From a bacterium (GTDB lineage Bacteria; Auribacterota; UBA3054): a stretch of DNA of 44,711 bases. The notes beneath the pieces were generated by a model. The model saw only the letters and a program-made list of their open reading frames with translations, was not told the DNA's origin and did no database searches. Position 1 is the stretch's first letter. Every line of letters begins with the position of its first letter. A program made the translations under genes and the position numbers. Positions 33,565 through 44,711 of the stretch are shown here, piece after piece. The DNA is taken from NCBI GenBank assembly GCA_017554565.1, contig JAFZID010000201.1, positions 1 through 44,711 of the forward strand, written 5' to 3'.

Positions 33565-34179
33565 ATGTCCCTTGTCATCACCATCGGAAGAGAAAACGGC
33601 AGCGGCGGCCGGGAGATCGGCAAAAGACTGGCCAAGGAATTGGATCTGGACTTTTACGACAACAACCTCATCGCCATCACCGCCCAGCGCACCAATTTCG
33701 ACAAGGAATACATGGAAAAAAGAGAGGAGCAGGCGCCGGGCTTGTGGGCTTCCTTCGCCCTGGGCTTCCCCGCGGCGGGGTTGTCCTCCCCGATGGTTCC
33801 CGACTCCGTTTTCCAGGAGCAGGCGGAGACCATCCTGCAGGTCGCCAAGAATGGGAACTGCGTCATCGTGGGCCGGGCCTCCAATTACATTTTAAGAGAC
33901 CTTCCCACCGTGGACGTTTTCGTTTACGCGCCCATAAGGGACAGAGTGGAGAGAAAGCTCTCTTTGCTGCCGCCGGAAGAAAAATGCTCCTTTGAGGAAA
34001 TGCAGAAAAAACTGTTGGCGGCGGACAAGGCCAGGGCGAAATTCTACAGCTATTACACCGGATCCGGCTGGGGGCCGGGGCCGGCCTTCGACCTGAACGT
34101 CAACACTGGAAAGGTCGGCGTGGAAGGCGCCGTGGAGGTCATCAAAACTTACGTTGCGAATTTAAAAGACGGCGTCTAA
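33565..34179 (+). CDS. cytidylate-kinase-like family protein (P-loop)
   Basis: 204 aa. ITIGRENGSGGREIGKRLAKELDLDFYD is typical of the Cmk-like AAA family. Confidence 0.75.
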   Translation: MSLVITIGRENGSGGREIGKRLAKELDLDFYDNNLIAITAQRTNFDKEYMEKREEQAPGLWASFALGFPAAGLSSPMVPDSVFQEQAETILQVAKNGNCVIVGRASNYILRDLPTVDVFVYAPIRDRVERKLSLLPPEEKCSFEEMQKKLLAADKARAKFYSYYTGSGWGPGPAFDLNVNTGKVGVEGAVEVIKTYVANLKDGV

Positions 34180-34189
34180 AGCCCGCTCT

Positions 34190-35194
34190 TTATTTTTCAA
34201 AAGATTTTACCCAGCCAGCGGTGGCTTTCCTTTCAAGCGCACCGCCTTTATCGATTAGAAAAAGCGCTTCTATGCCCTCCGTTTCCTCCGCCAGTTTCAA
34301 GCCTTCCTCAGGCGGCAGACAGAAAAGCAGGGTGGAGAAGCCGTCGGCGGTCATGGCGTCGGAAGCCGTGACCGAAACGGAAAGCAAACTGTTCATGAAA
34401 GTCCCGCCGCTTACGGGATCCACGATATGGGTGAAGCGCACTTCCCCTTCCTTGAGATTGTTGGAGTAGCTGCCGGAAGTGGAGACGGCGAAATTTTGAA
34501 GTTTCAGGCTTTCGTAAATAGCCGCGGCGTCTTTCCCCAAAGGATCCCTTATCCCGATCGCCCAGGAATGATCTTTTCCGGAAGCCACGATCTCTCCGCC
34601 GGCATCCACCAAAAAAACATCATAGCCAAGCTGCCGCAGCACGGAAGCCGCCCTGTCCGCGGCGTAGCCCGCCGCCAGGGCGTTTAGATCCAGCTTCATG
34701 CCCTCCGGCAGCATGATCCAATCGTTGCTTCTCATAAGCTTATCGAAGCCCGTGACCGCCAAAGCCTTTTTGATCTCCTCCTCCGAGGGCGTTTTCCTTT
34801 TGCCCTCCGGGCCGAAGCCCCAGAGGCTTATCAATTGACCGGCTGTGACGTCGAAGCGGCCCCGGGAAAGCTTATAAAGCTCCTCCGCTTTCTCCCAGGC
34901 GGGCAGGAACAGGGGAGAAAGCCGTCGCCAGTCTTTTCCCGCGCTTTTGTTCAGAAGATTTATTTCGCTATCAGGGATGAAGCGGCTGAAGGCCCTCTCG
35001 ACCTCGTCAATGGCCTCAAAAGCCTCTTTGAAGGCCCGGGCGTTGTCTTTGCCCTCCGGAAGGGTGATCATGGTCCAGGTGGCCATCTGGAAGCGTTTTT
35101 CGCTGACGAAACGCTCCTTCTTGGGCGCAAAAACAATGACCGCCGCCGCGGCCAAAATAAAAAAGGCCACGGTTATGATTGTGGCCTTTTTCAT
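34190..35194 (-). CDS. apbE: FAD:protein FMN transferase (ApbE family)
   Basis: 334 aa with an N-terminal anchor. Motifs are FSRFIPDSEI, LAAGYAADRA, VDAGGEI, AVSTSGSY, HIVDPVSG and AMTADGFST. Confidence 0.85.
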   Translation of the reverse strand: MKKATIITVAFFILAAAAVIVFAPKKERFVSEKRFQMATWTMITLPEGKDNARAFKEAFEAIDEVERAFSRFIPDSEINLLNKSAGKDWRRLSPLFLPAWEKAEELYKLSRGRFDVTAGQLISLWGFGPEGKRKTPSEEEIKKALAVTGFDKLMRSNDWIMLPEGMKLDLNALAAGYAADRAASVLRQLGYDVFLVDAGGEIVASGKDHSWAIGIRDPLGKDAAAIYESLKLQNFAVSTSGSYSNNLKEGEVRFTHIVDPVSGGTFMNSLLSVSVTASDAMTADGFSTLLFCLPPEEGLKLAEETEGIEALFLIDKGGALERKATAGWVKSFEK

Positions 35195-36259
35195 TCAGAT
35201 GATGATGAGATCTTTGCTGAAGTGGTTAAGAAGCTCGACTCCCTCGTCGGTGATCATGACGAGGTCCTCTATCCTGACGCCGCCCAGACCGGGAACGTAG
35301 ATGCCGGGCTCGACACTGAAACACATGCCGGGTTCGGCGTGAAGTCCGTTGGGCAGGCCGATGGAGGGCTCTTCGTGCACTTCCAGACCGATGCCGTGGC
35401 CCAGGCGGTGGGTGAAGTATTCTCCGTAGCCCGCTTTTTCAATGTATTCGCGGGCCACCGTGTCGATGTCCTTCAAAAGCACTCCGGGCTTGATGAAATC
35501 AAGGGCGGCCTGCTGGGCGCCTTTCACGATCTCGTAGATCTTGCGCATTTCCGGGCTCGGTTCGCCCAAAAAGACCGTTCTGGTCATGTCGGAGCAGTAG
35601 TCGTCCAGGACGCCGCCGATGTCAAGGACCAGGCAGTCGCCTTCAGAGGGCATGGTGTCGTCGGGGACGTGATGCGGCTCCGCGGCGTGGGGGCCGTAGC
35701 CCGTGATGGGATCGAAGGAAAGGGCGCTGCCGCCTCTTTTCAGGTACATGTGCAAAAGTTTGTCCGCCAGAGCCTTTTCGGAAAGGCGGTTCTTGGCCAG
35801 CTCGATCAATTCGCCCATCACTTCGTCGTTCTGCAGCGAGGAGGCGCGCATCTTGGCCTGCTCCACCCTGTCCTTGTACATGCGGACTTTCGCAGTGAGA
35901 GCGCCGCCGTCCGTAAACTTAAGGTCATTGCGCAAGTCCATGAGCCTCAGAAGAAGCTTCGCCGGCATAAGGCCGTCCACGCCGCAAAGGCTGTTTTCCG
36001 GGAAAGCGGCGGCCGCTTCCTTCAGGGGATCGTCGCCGTCCTTATAGCTGATTATTTCCGCGTCTTTGCATTCCGTTACGGAAAAGAGCACGTTGACGAA
36101 AAGCTTGGCGCTCTTCTCGTCGACGTAGAGCGCGAAGAACCTTTCCCCGGGCGCGACTTTGACGCCGGTGAGATAAGCGATGGACATGGGCTGGGTGAGA
36201 AGCAAAGCGGAAATTCCGCTCTTTTTCATTTCAGCTCTTAATTTTTCTATTCTGCTCAT
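35195..36259 (-). CDS. M24-family Xaa-Pro aminopeptidase/dipeptidase
   Basis: 354 aa. Metal-ligand motifs are DIGGVLDDYCSDMTRT, HRLGHGIGLEVHE and VEPGIYVPGLGGVRIED. Confidence 0.85.
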   Translation of the reverse strand: MSRIEKLRAEMKKSGISALLLTQPMSIAYLTGVKVAPGERFFALYVDEKSAKLFVNVLFSVTECKDAEIISYKDGDDPLKEAAAAFPENSLCGVDGLMPAKLLLRLMDLRNDLKFTDGGALTAKVRMYKDRVEQAKMRASSLQNDEVMGELIELAKNRLSEKALADKLLHMYLKRGGSALSFDPITGYGPHAAEPHHVPDDTMPSEGDCLVLDIGGVLDDYCSDMTRTVFLGEPSPEMRKIYEIVKGAQQAALDFIKPGVLLKDIDTVAREYIEKAGYGEYFTHRLGHGIGLEVHEEPSIGLPNGLHAEPGMCFSVEPGIYVPGLGGVRIEDLVMITDEGVELLNHFSKDLIII

Positions 36260-36267
36260 AAAATTCC

Positions 36268-38622
36268 TTACTGTTTTTTCTGGATCTTGCCCCAGCTGTC
36301 TTTCAGAGTGGCGGTGCGGTTGAAGACCGGCGCTTCCTTTGTGGAGGTCCGGTCGGGCGTGAAATAGCCTATCCTTTCGAACTGGAGGGGCTCCAAGGGC
36401 TTCGTCTCCGCGGCGGCGGGCTCCGCCAGAGCTTTGTCGTTGACCGTCAGGGAATCCTCCGCCACGTTCACGGTGAAGTCCTGGCCTTCCGGCACGTTCT
36501 CGGGATCGTCCACTTTGAAGAGCGCCGAGAAATTGTTCAAGGTCACCTTGACGGCGGTGTGCGCCGCCACCCAGTGGATGGTGCCCTTCACTTTGCGGCC
36601 GTCGGGGGATTCGCCGCCTCTGGTGGCGGGATCATAGGTGCAGCGGAGCTCCGTGATGTTGCCGTTCTCGTCTTTTATTACTTCCTGGCAGGTGATGAAG
36701 TAAGCGTATCTCAATCTCACTTCGCGGCCCGGGGCGAGGCGGAAGAACTTGTTGGGAGGATCTTCCATGAAGTCGTCCCTTTCGATGTAGAGTTCCCTGC
36801 CGAAGGGCACTTCCCTGGTGCCGGCGGATTCGTCTTCCGGATTGTTGATGGCCGTCAAAGTTTCCGTCTGCCCTTCCGGATAGTTGGTCAGGACCACCTT
36901 CAGGGGATCCTGCACCACCATAAGGCGCTGCGCCGTGCGGTTCAGCTCGTCCCTGACGCAGTGCTCCAGGAGCGCGAAATCCACCACGCTGTCAACTTTG
37001 GCGATGCCCACTCTCTTGATGAATTCCCTGATGGCCGCGGGCGGATACCCTCTGCGGCGCATGCCGGAAAGGGTGGGCATCCTGGGGTCGTCCCAGCCGG
37101 AAACATAGCCGTTGTCAACCAGCGTTCTCAGTTTTCTTTTGCTCATGACGGTGCCCGTCAGGTTCAGCCTGGCGAATTCCGTCTGTTCCGGATGATGGAT
37201 GTTGTCCAGCTGATCCAGGAACCAGTTGTACAAAGGCCTGTGGTTCTCGAATTCCAATGAGCAAAGGGAGTTGGTGATGCCCTCGATGGAGTCCTCCAGG
37301 CCGTGGGCCCAGTCGTACATCGGGTAAATGCACCACTTGCTGCCCTGGCGGTGATGTTCTTTCCTCACGATGCGGTACATGACGGGATCGCGGAAGTTGA
37401 TGTTCTGGGACTTCATGTCTATCTTGGCGCGCAAAACTTTCGAGCCGTCGGGGAATTCGCCTGCGCGCATCCTTTGGAAGAGGTCAAGGTTCTCCTCCAC
37501 GCTGCGGTTGCGGTACGGGCTCTCGACGCCCGGCTCCGTCAGCGTTCCGCGCATTTCCCTGATCTCCTCAGGCGTGGAGTCGTCCACGTAGGCTTTGCCT
37601 TTCCTGATCATCTCAAGAGCCCACTCGTACATCTTCTCGAAATAATCGGAAGCGAAATAAAGATGAGGTCCCCAGTCGAAGCCCAGCCAGTGGATGTCCT
37701 CCTTGATGGCCTCCACGTATTCGTCGTCCTCCTTGGAAGGGTTGGTGTCGTCGAAACGGAGGTGGCATTCAGCGTCCGGGTATTCCTGGGCCAGGCCGAA
37801 ATCAAGGCACAAAGCCTTGGCGTGTCCGATGTGCAGATATCCGTTGGGTTCCGGAGGGAACCTGGTCACCACTCGTTTGAATTTGCCGCTGGCCAGATCG
37901 TTGTTGATCTTCTGGCGGATGAAGTCCAGGTGTTTTTCCTCATTGTTTGCGAGCTCTTCTGTCATAATTTTTGCCGCTGTTTGATCGTTAAGATATTTTT
38001 TTAATTCTTCCACTGTTTTGAAAATAACTTCGGGTCCTTCTTTCCTGACGCCCTCCTCGTCCACGATGGAGCTCCATAGAACCGAGACCGCGTGCACTCC
38101 CGCGGCCTTGGCTTCCCTGACGTCGCTGGGGGCGTCGCCCACGTAATAAACGTCTTCGCGGGCGATCCCGGTCTCCCTGATGAAGTCCTCTATGCAATCC
38201 TTCTTGTTCAAGCCGAATTCCGAACCGGTGCGGAGGAAGTCGAAGGCGCCCTGCAGGTTTGTCATCTCCAGCGAGATCGCGCAGCTGCCCTCGGCTTTGC
38301 CGGTAACAAGGGCGATCTTCACGCCCTTCTTCCTAAGATCCTCCAAGAGCTCCCTGATCCCGGGATAGGGCTCCCTCAAGGGCGCGTGCAGCTCCCTGTA
38401 ATGGCGGTCGTATTCCTCCAGCGCGGCGTCCCACTCCGCTTCCCTGCCGGGCATCTTCAGCATGATGATGCCCTTTTCGTTCACGCCGAAATGCTCCATG
38501 ATCTCGGCGTCGGACAAATTCCTGCCGAGATAATGCTGCATGGTCAGGCGGAAAGCCCCCACGCAAACGGGCAGCGTGTCGCAGAGCGTGCCGTCCCAGT
38601 CGAATATGACGCCTTTGAGCAT
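36268..38622 (-). CDS. glnS: in-frame fusion: HAD-superfamily phosphatase domain (aa 1-~215) + glutaminyl-tRNA synthetase
   Basis: 784-aa uninterrupted ORF. HAD motifs are DWDGTL (I), LVTGK (II) and GDAPSD (IV). From aa 220 ([28 protein letters not shown]...) it is colinear with E. coli GlnRS, including HIGH (LHIGHAK) and VMSKR. Confidence 0.8.
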   Translation of the reverse strand: MLKGVIFDWDGTLCDTLPVCVGAFRLTMQHYLGRNLSDAEIMEHFGVNEKGIIMLKMPGREAEWDAALEEYDRHYRELHAPLREPYPGIRELLEDLRKKGVKIALVTGKAEGSCAISLEMTNLQGAFDFLRTGSEFGLNKKDCIEDFIRETGIAREDVYYVGDAPSDVREAKAAGVHAVSVLWSSIVDEEGVRKEGPEVIFKTVEELKKYLNDQTAAKIMTEELANNEEKHLDFIRQKINNDLASGKFKRVVTRFPPEPNGYLHIGHAKALCLDFGLAQEYPDAECHLRFDDTNPSKEDDEYVEAIKEDIHWLGFDWGPHLYFASDYFEKMYEWALEMIRKGKAYVDDSTPEEIREMRGTLTEPGVESPYRNRSVEENLDLFQRMRAGEFPDGSKVLRAKIDMKSQNINFRDPVMYRIVRKEHHRQGSKWCIYPMYDWAHGLEDSIEGITNSLCSLEFENHRPLYNWFLDQLDNIHHPEQTEFARLNLTGTVMSKRKLRTLVDNGYVSGWDDPRMPTLSGMRRRGYPPAAIREFIKRVGIAKVDSVVDFALLEHCVRDELNRTAQRLMVVQDPLKVVLTNYPEGQTETLTAINNPEDESAGTREVPFGRELYIERDDFMEDPPNKFFRLAPGREVRLRYAYFITCQEVIKDENGNITELRCTYDPATRGGESPDGRKVKGTIHWVAAHTAVKVTLNNFSALFKVDDPENVPEGQDFTVNVAEDSLTVNDKALAEPAAAETKPLEPLQFERIGYFTPDRTSTKEAPVFNRTATLKDSWGKIQKKQ

Positions 38623-39692
38623 TATTTCACCGCCAGCAAGCCGTCCGGGGAGAAGTAGTCGATCTTCATGGAACGCTTGACTTCGGACAGCGTCTGGTTG
38701 GCCACCGCCGCGGCTTTTTCGCTGCCGGTCTTCAGGATCTCGCAGACTTCCGGAATGCGCGCCTCCCAGTAAGCCCGGCGCTCCCTGATGGGCCTCAGTT
38801 CCGCCTGCAGGACGTTGTTCAGGAATTTCTTGACCTTCACGTCGCCCAAACCGCCCCTGCGGTAATGGTCCTTCATCTCGTCGAGATTCTTGTACTCCAG
38901 GCCGTATTTTTCGAAGTCTTCGTCTTTCGCGAAGGCGTCGAGGTACGTGAAGACAGGGTTCCCCTCCACCTGGCCGGGGTCTTCCACTCTCAGGTGGTTC
39001 TGGTCGGTGTACATGGTCTTCACTTTCTGCCAGACTTCCTCTTCCGTGTCCGAAAGGTAGATGCAGTTGCCCAGCGATTTGCTCATCTTCGCCTTGCCGT
39101 CGGTTCCGGGGAGCCTCAGGCAGGCGGCGTTGCTGGGCAGAAGTATTTCAGGCAGGACGAGCGTTTCGCCGTAGATGGCGTTGAACTTCTCGACGATGTC
39201 CCTGGTCTGCTCCAGCATGGGCTTCTGGTCTTCGCCGGTCGGGACCGTCGTGGCCTTGAAGGCCGTGATGTCCGCGGCCTGGCTCACGGGGTAGGTCAGG
39301 AAGCCTATGGGGATGCTGTCCTCGAAACCGCGCATCTTTATTTCCGCTTTCAGCGTGGGATTGCGCTTCAGCCAGGCCTCGGAAAAGAGGTCCATGTAAT
39401 AGAAGCACAGTTCGCAAAGCGCCGAGACCTGGGACTGGATGAAGATGTTGGAGATCTTGGGGTCTATGCCGCAGGAGAGGTAATCCAGCGCCACGTTCAT
39501 GACGTTCTCCCTGACCTTCTCCGGATGCTCCGCGTTGTCCGTCAGAGCCTGGGCGTCCGCGATCATAATGTATATTTCATCGTACTCGCCGGAATTCTGC
39601 AGCTCCACGCGGCGGCGGAGGCTGCCGACGTAATGGCCGATGTGCAGTCTGCCCGTCGGCCTGTCGCCTGTCAAGATTATTTTTTTTGTCAT
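38622..39692 (-). CDS. trpS: tryptophanyl-tRNA synthetase
   Basis: 356 aa with HIGH-type GRLHIGH and KMSKS. ATGA overlap with cysNC and TAATG overlap with the next gene. Confidence 0.92.
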   Translation of the reverse strand: MTKKIILTGDRPTGRLHIGHYVGSLRRRVELQNSGEYDEIYIMIADAQALTDNAEHPEKVRENVMNVALDYLSCGIDPKISNIFIQSQVSALCELCFYYMDLFSEAWLKRNPTLKAEIKMRGFEDSIPIGFLTYPVSQAADITAFKATTVPTGEDQKPMLEQTRDIVEKFNAIYGETLVLPEILLPSNAACLRLPGTDGKAKMSKSLGNCIYLSDTEEEVWQKVKTMYTDQNHLRVEDPGQVEGNPVFTYLDAFAKDEDFEKYGLEYKNLDEMKDHYRRGGLGDVKVKKFLNNVLQAELRPIRERRAYWEARIPEVCEILKTGSEKAAAVANQTLSEVKRSMKIDYFSPDGLLAVK

Positions 39693-41611
39693 AGTTTTCC
39701 TTCTTTGCGCAGTTTCTCGAAGATCCTGAAAGCGCAGGCTTCCTTGCCCTCGTTTTCGGGTTCAAAGGTTTCCCAGGGAGCGGCGGGCGCTTCGTAGGGC
39801 GCGTTGACGCCCGCCAGGCCCTTCACGCCGCCTTCTTCGGCGCCCTTGTAAAGGCCCTTGTCGTCATGCTTGGCGCAGTATTCCAGGCTGGCCTTGACGT
39901 AAACTTCCTTGAAACGATCCTTGCCGATAATTTCCGCCGCCTGCGCCCTGGCCTTCCTGAAGGGCGAAACGAAAGCGCAGATGGCCGTGACGCCGGCCTC
40001 GTTGAGGAGCTTGGCGGCCTCCGCCACTCTCCTGATGTGCTCGGCCTTGTCGCAGGCCGTGAAGTCCAGGTCCCTGCAGAGGCCGAGGCGCATGTCCTCG
40101 CCGTCCAGAACATAAGCCAGGCCGCCCTTTTCAAAGATCTCCTTTTCCAGGGCGTAAGCCAGGTCGGACTTGCCGGAGGCCACCAATCCGGTCACCCAGA
40201 TGGTCTGGGCGATCTGGCCGAGGCGCTCGCTTCTTTCCGCCGTTCCCACGGCGTCCGGATGACGGCGCAGCCTTTCGTCGGTCGTCTTGCCGTTCAGCTC
40301 CGGCGTGTCGTCGGCGCTTTCCCTCCTGATTATCATGCCCGCCGCCACCGTGTTGTTGGTGATGGCGTCGATCAGGATGAAGGAGCCCGTGGCCCGGTTC
40401 TGCTCGAAGGGGTCGAACATCAGCTTCCGGTTGGAAACAATGGAGACGCGCCCTATTTCGTTAAGTTCCAGATGGTCGGCTTTCTCACGGTGCAGCGTGT
40501 TGACGTCTATCCTGTAGCGCAGTTTTTCAAGGCGGCAGCGGGAGGTCATGGTGGTCTGCTTGATGAAGTAGCTGCCGTTGGGGTCCATGGGCTGCTCGCT
40601 CATCCAGATCAAAGTCGCCTCGATGTGGCGGTCCGTCTGGGGCAGATTGTTCGGCCTGACGAGCATGTCGCCGCGGCTGATGTCTATCTCGTCCTCCAGC
40701 GTCACCGTCACCGACTGCCCGGGGATGGCGTGATCCAGGTCCCCGTCCATGGTGACGATGGCTTTCACATGGCTGCGCTTGCCGCTGGGCAGCGCCATGA
40801 CTTCGTCGCCGACTTTTATGACGCCGGAAGCCACCTGTCCGCAGAAACCGCGGAAATTCAGGTTCGGCCGCAGCACATACTGCACGGGATACCTGAGGTC
40901 CACCATGTTCCTGTCGCTGCCGATATAGACGTTCTCCAGCAGTTCCAGAAGGCTCTCGCCTTCGTACCAGGTCATGTGCTCCTTGTCCCTAGCAGCCACG
41001 TTGTCGCCCACGAGGGCGCTTATGGGCACGAACCTGAGGTCCTTGATGTTCAGCTTCCTGGCGAAAGCGCTGAAGTCCTTTTTGATCTTCGCAAAGACTT
41101 CCTCGGAATAATCCACCAGGTCCATTTTGTTGACCGCCACGATGATGTGGGGTATTCCCATGAGGGAGGAGATGAAAAGGTGGCGCTTGGACTGCGTGAG
41201 GACGCCCAGGCGGGCGTCTATCAGTATGACCGCCAGCTGCGCCGTGCTGGCGCCGGTGGCCATGTTCCTGGTGTACTGCTCGTGCCCGGGAGTGTCCGCC
41301 ACGATGAACTTGCGCTTGGGCGTGGAGAAATAGCGGTAGGCCACGTCGATGGTGATGCCCTGCTCTCTCTCCGCCTTCAGGCCGTCCGTGAAGAGCGCGT
41401 AGTCTATCTCGCCCTTGGCCATTTGCTTGCTGGCGTTTTTGATGGAGGCCAGCTGGTCTTCGTAAACGCCCTTGGCGTCGTGCAGAAGATGCCCTAACAT
41501 CGTGGACTTTCCGTCGTCCACGCTGCCGGCGCTCGAGAAGCGCAAAAGCTCCTTCTGCTCGTTCTCCTTCAGGAACGCTTCTATCGTTTTGCCTTTATTC
41601 ACTTTTTTCAT
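39689..41611 (-). CDS. cysNC: bifunctional sulfate adenylyltransferase subunit 1 / APS-kinase-like domain
   Basis: 640 aa. GTPase motifs are [14 protein letters not shown] and NKMD. The C-terminal 170 aa are colinear with CysC ([22 protein letters not shown]) but have several substitutions at conserved positions. Confidence 0.85.
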   Translation of the reverse strand: MKKVNKGKTIEAFLKENEQKELLRFSSAGSVDDGKSTMLGHLLHDAKGVYEDQLASIKNASKQMAKGEIDYALFTDGLKAEREQGITIDVAYRYFSTPKRKFIVADTPGHEQYTRNMATGASTAQLAVILIDARLGVLTQSKRHLFISSLMGIPHIIVAVNKMDLVDYSEEVFAKIKKDFSAFARKLNIKDLRFVPISALVGDNVAARDKEHMTWYEGESLLELLENVYIGSDRNMVDLRYPVQYVLRPNLNFRGFCGQVASGVIKVGDEVMALPSGKRSHVKAIVTMDGDLDHAIPGQSVTVTLEDEIDISRGDMLVRPNNLPQTDRHIEATLIWMSEQPMDPNGSYFIKQTTMTSRCRLEKLRYRIDVNTLHREKADHLELNEIGRVSIVSNRKLMFDPFEQNRATGSFILIDAITNNTVAAGMIIRRESADDTPELNGKTTDERLRRHPDAVGTAERSERLGQIAQTIWVTGLVASGKSDLAYALEKEIFEKGGLAYVLDGEDMRLGLCRDLDFTACDKAEHIRRVAEAAKLLNEAGVTAICAFVSPFRKARAQAAEIIGKDRFKEVYVKASLEYCAKHDDKGLYKGAEEGGVKGLAGVNAPYEAPAAPWETFEPENEGKEACAFRIFEKLRKEGKL

Positions 41612-41612
41612 C

Positions 41613-42515
41613 TTAAAAATAACCTTCCCTTTTCTTGATCTCCATGGAGCCTTCCGTATCGTGGTCTATGATGCGCGTCGATCTTTCGGAAATGGTGACG
41701 ACCATCATTTCCTCGATGATCTCCGGGACCGTTTTGGCCGTGGAGCGGATGGCGCCGGTGCAGGGATAGCAGCCCAGCGTCCTGAAGCGGCACATGACCT
41801 TCTCGGGCTTTTCGCCCTTCTTGAGAGGGATGGGGCCGTCCAAGGGTATCAGCATGTCGTCCCTTACCACCATTTCCCTTTCCTTGGCGAAATACATGGG
41901 AACTATGGGAATGTTCTCCTTGTAGATGTACTGCCAGACGTCTAATTCCGTCCAGTTGGACAAGGGGAAGACGCGGATGGACTCGCCTTTGTTTATCTTG
42001 GCGTTGTAGAGGTTCCAGAGCTCGGGGCGCTGGTTCTTGGGCTCCCACTGCCCGATCTCGTCGCGGAAGGAGAAGATCCTTTCCTTGGCGCGGGATTTTT
42101 CCTCGTCCCTTCTCGCGCCGCCGAAAGCCGCGTCGTATTTGCCGATCCTGATGGCGTCCACCAGCGCCTGGGTCTTAAGGAGCGAACAGCATTTCTGCGT
42201 GCCCAGGTCGAAGGGGTTGGTGCCGGCCGCGATGGCTTCCTCGTTGCGGTAGATCCTCAACTCCGCGCCGATATCCTTGCAGAATTTGTCCCTGAAGGCG
42301 TACATGTCGTGGAATTTGAAATTGGTGTCCACGTGCAGCAGGGGGAAGGGTATCGGCGCGGGATAGAAAGCCTTCTGGGCCAGCCTGACCATGACGGAGG
42401 AGTCTTTGCCGATGGAATAGAGCATCACGGGATTGGCGAACTCCGCCGCCACTTCCCTTATGATGTGGATGCTCTCAGATTCCAGTTCTTGCAGATGCGT
42501 CAGCCTGTCTTCCAT
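41613..42515 (-). CDS. cysD: sulfate adenylyltransferase subunit 2
   Basis: 300 aa. [12 protein letters not shown], the PP-loop-type YSIGKDSSV and the C-terminal GYF are typical of CysD. Confidence 0.92.
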   Translation of the reverse strand: MEDRLTHLQELESESIHIIREVAAEFANPVMLYSIGKDSSVMVRLAQKAFYPAPIPFPLLHVDTNFKFHDMYAFRDKFCKDIGAELRIYRNEEAIAAGTNPFDLGTQKCCSLLKTQALVDAIRIGKYDAAFGGARRDEEKSRAKERIFSFRDEIGQWEPKNQRPELWNLYNAKINKGESIRVFPLSNWTELDVWQYIYKENIPIVPMYFAKEREMVVRDDMLIPLDGPIPLKKGEKPEKVMCRFRTLGCYPCTGAIRSTAKTVPEIIEEMMVVTISERSTRIIDHDTEGSMEIKKREGYF

Positions 42516-42520
42516 TCAGT

Positions 42521-44711
<2,191 letters not shown>

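Overview
44.7-kb chromosomal window from a high-GC genome (about 55-65% GC, estimated by eye). Almost all genes are on the minus strand. Several secreted proteins end in PEP-CTERM anchors, which suggests a PVC-type lineage (Lentisphaerota, Verrucomicrobiota or Kiritimatiellota-like); this is inference only. The left edge carries the conserved rplK-nusG-secE-tRNA(Trp)-rpmG-tRNA(Thr) cluster; rpmG and rplK are missing from the ORF track. The main candidate for something new lies next to that cluster, at about 1.83-9.70 kb. It is a strongly AT-rich block (core 2752-7566 about 22-30% GC by hand count) with five same-strand ORFs for N/K/I/Y-rich proteins, four of them with signal peptides. These are a tail-fibre-like lipoprotein with 16 tandem 10-aa repeats, a PPC-domain plus lipase-type alpha/beta hydrolase lipoprotein, two paralogous Ig-module proteins, and a probably frameshifted fifth gene. 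A ~109-bp promoter + RBS + signal-peptide cassette occurs twice in the block. No integrase, transposase or att repeat is visible. The rest is host-like GC-rich DNA: an orphan ATP-grasp enzyme, GH127, kbl, acpS, a LolC/E permease, a nitroreductase and a PDZ lipoprotein. Then comes a group of very large secreted proteins (884 aa with a GspK-like N-terminus; 412, 584 and 874 aa with PEP-CTERM tails) interrupted by panD. Further genes are a stand-alone class-IIb aaRS catalytic-core paralog, a lipoprotein with an RGG tail, and a TMEM43-like/S8 protease/rmlD operon. The window ends with a tightly packed rpoD-cysD-cysNC-trpS-(HAD::glnS)-M24 peptidase-apbE string. In it GlnRS is fused in frame to a HAD phosphatase, and RpoD carries a histone-H1-like Lys/Ala/Pro tail encoded by near-perfect 63-bp tandem repeats running off the right edge. 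No CRISPR array, rRNA or recognisable mobile-element gene was seen. All homology calls are from motif recognition by eye; no searches were run.
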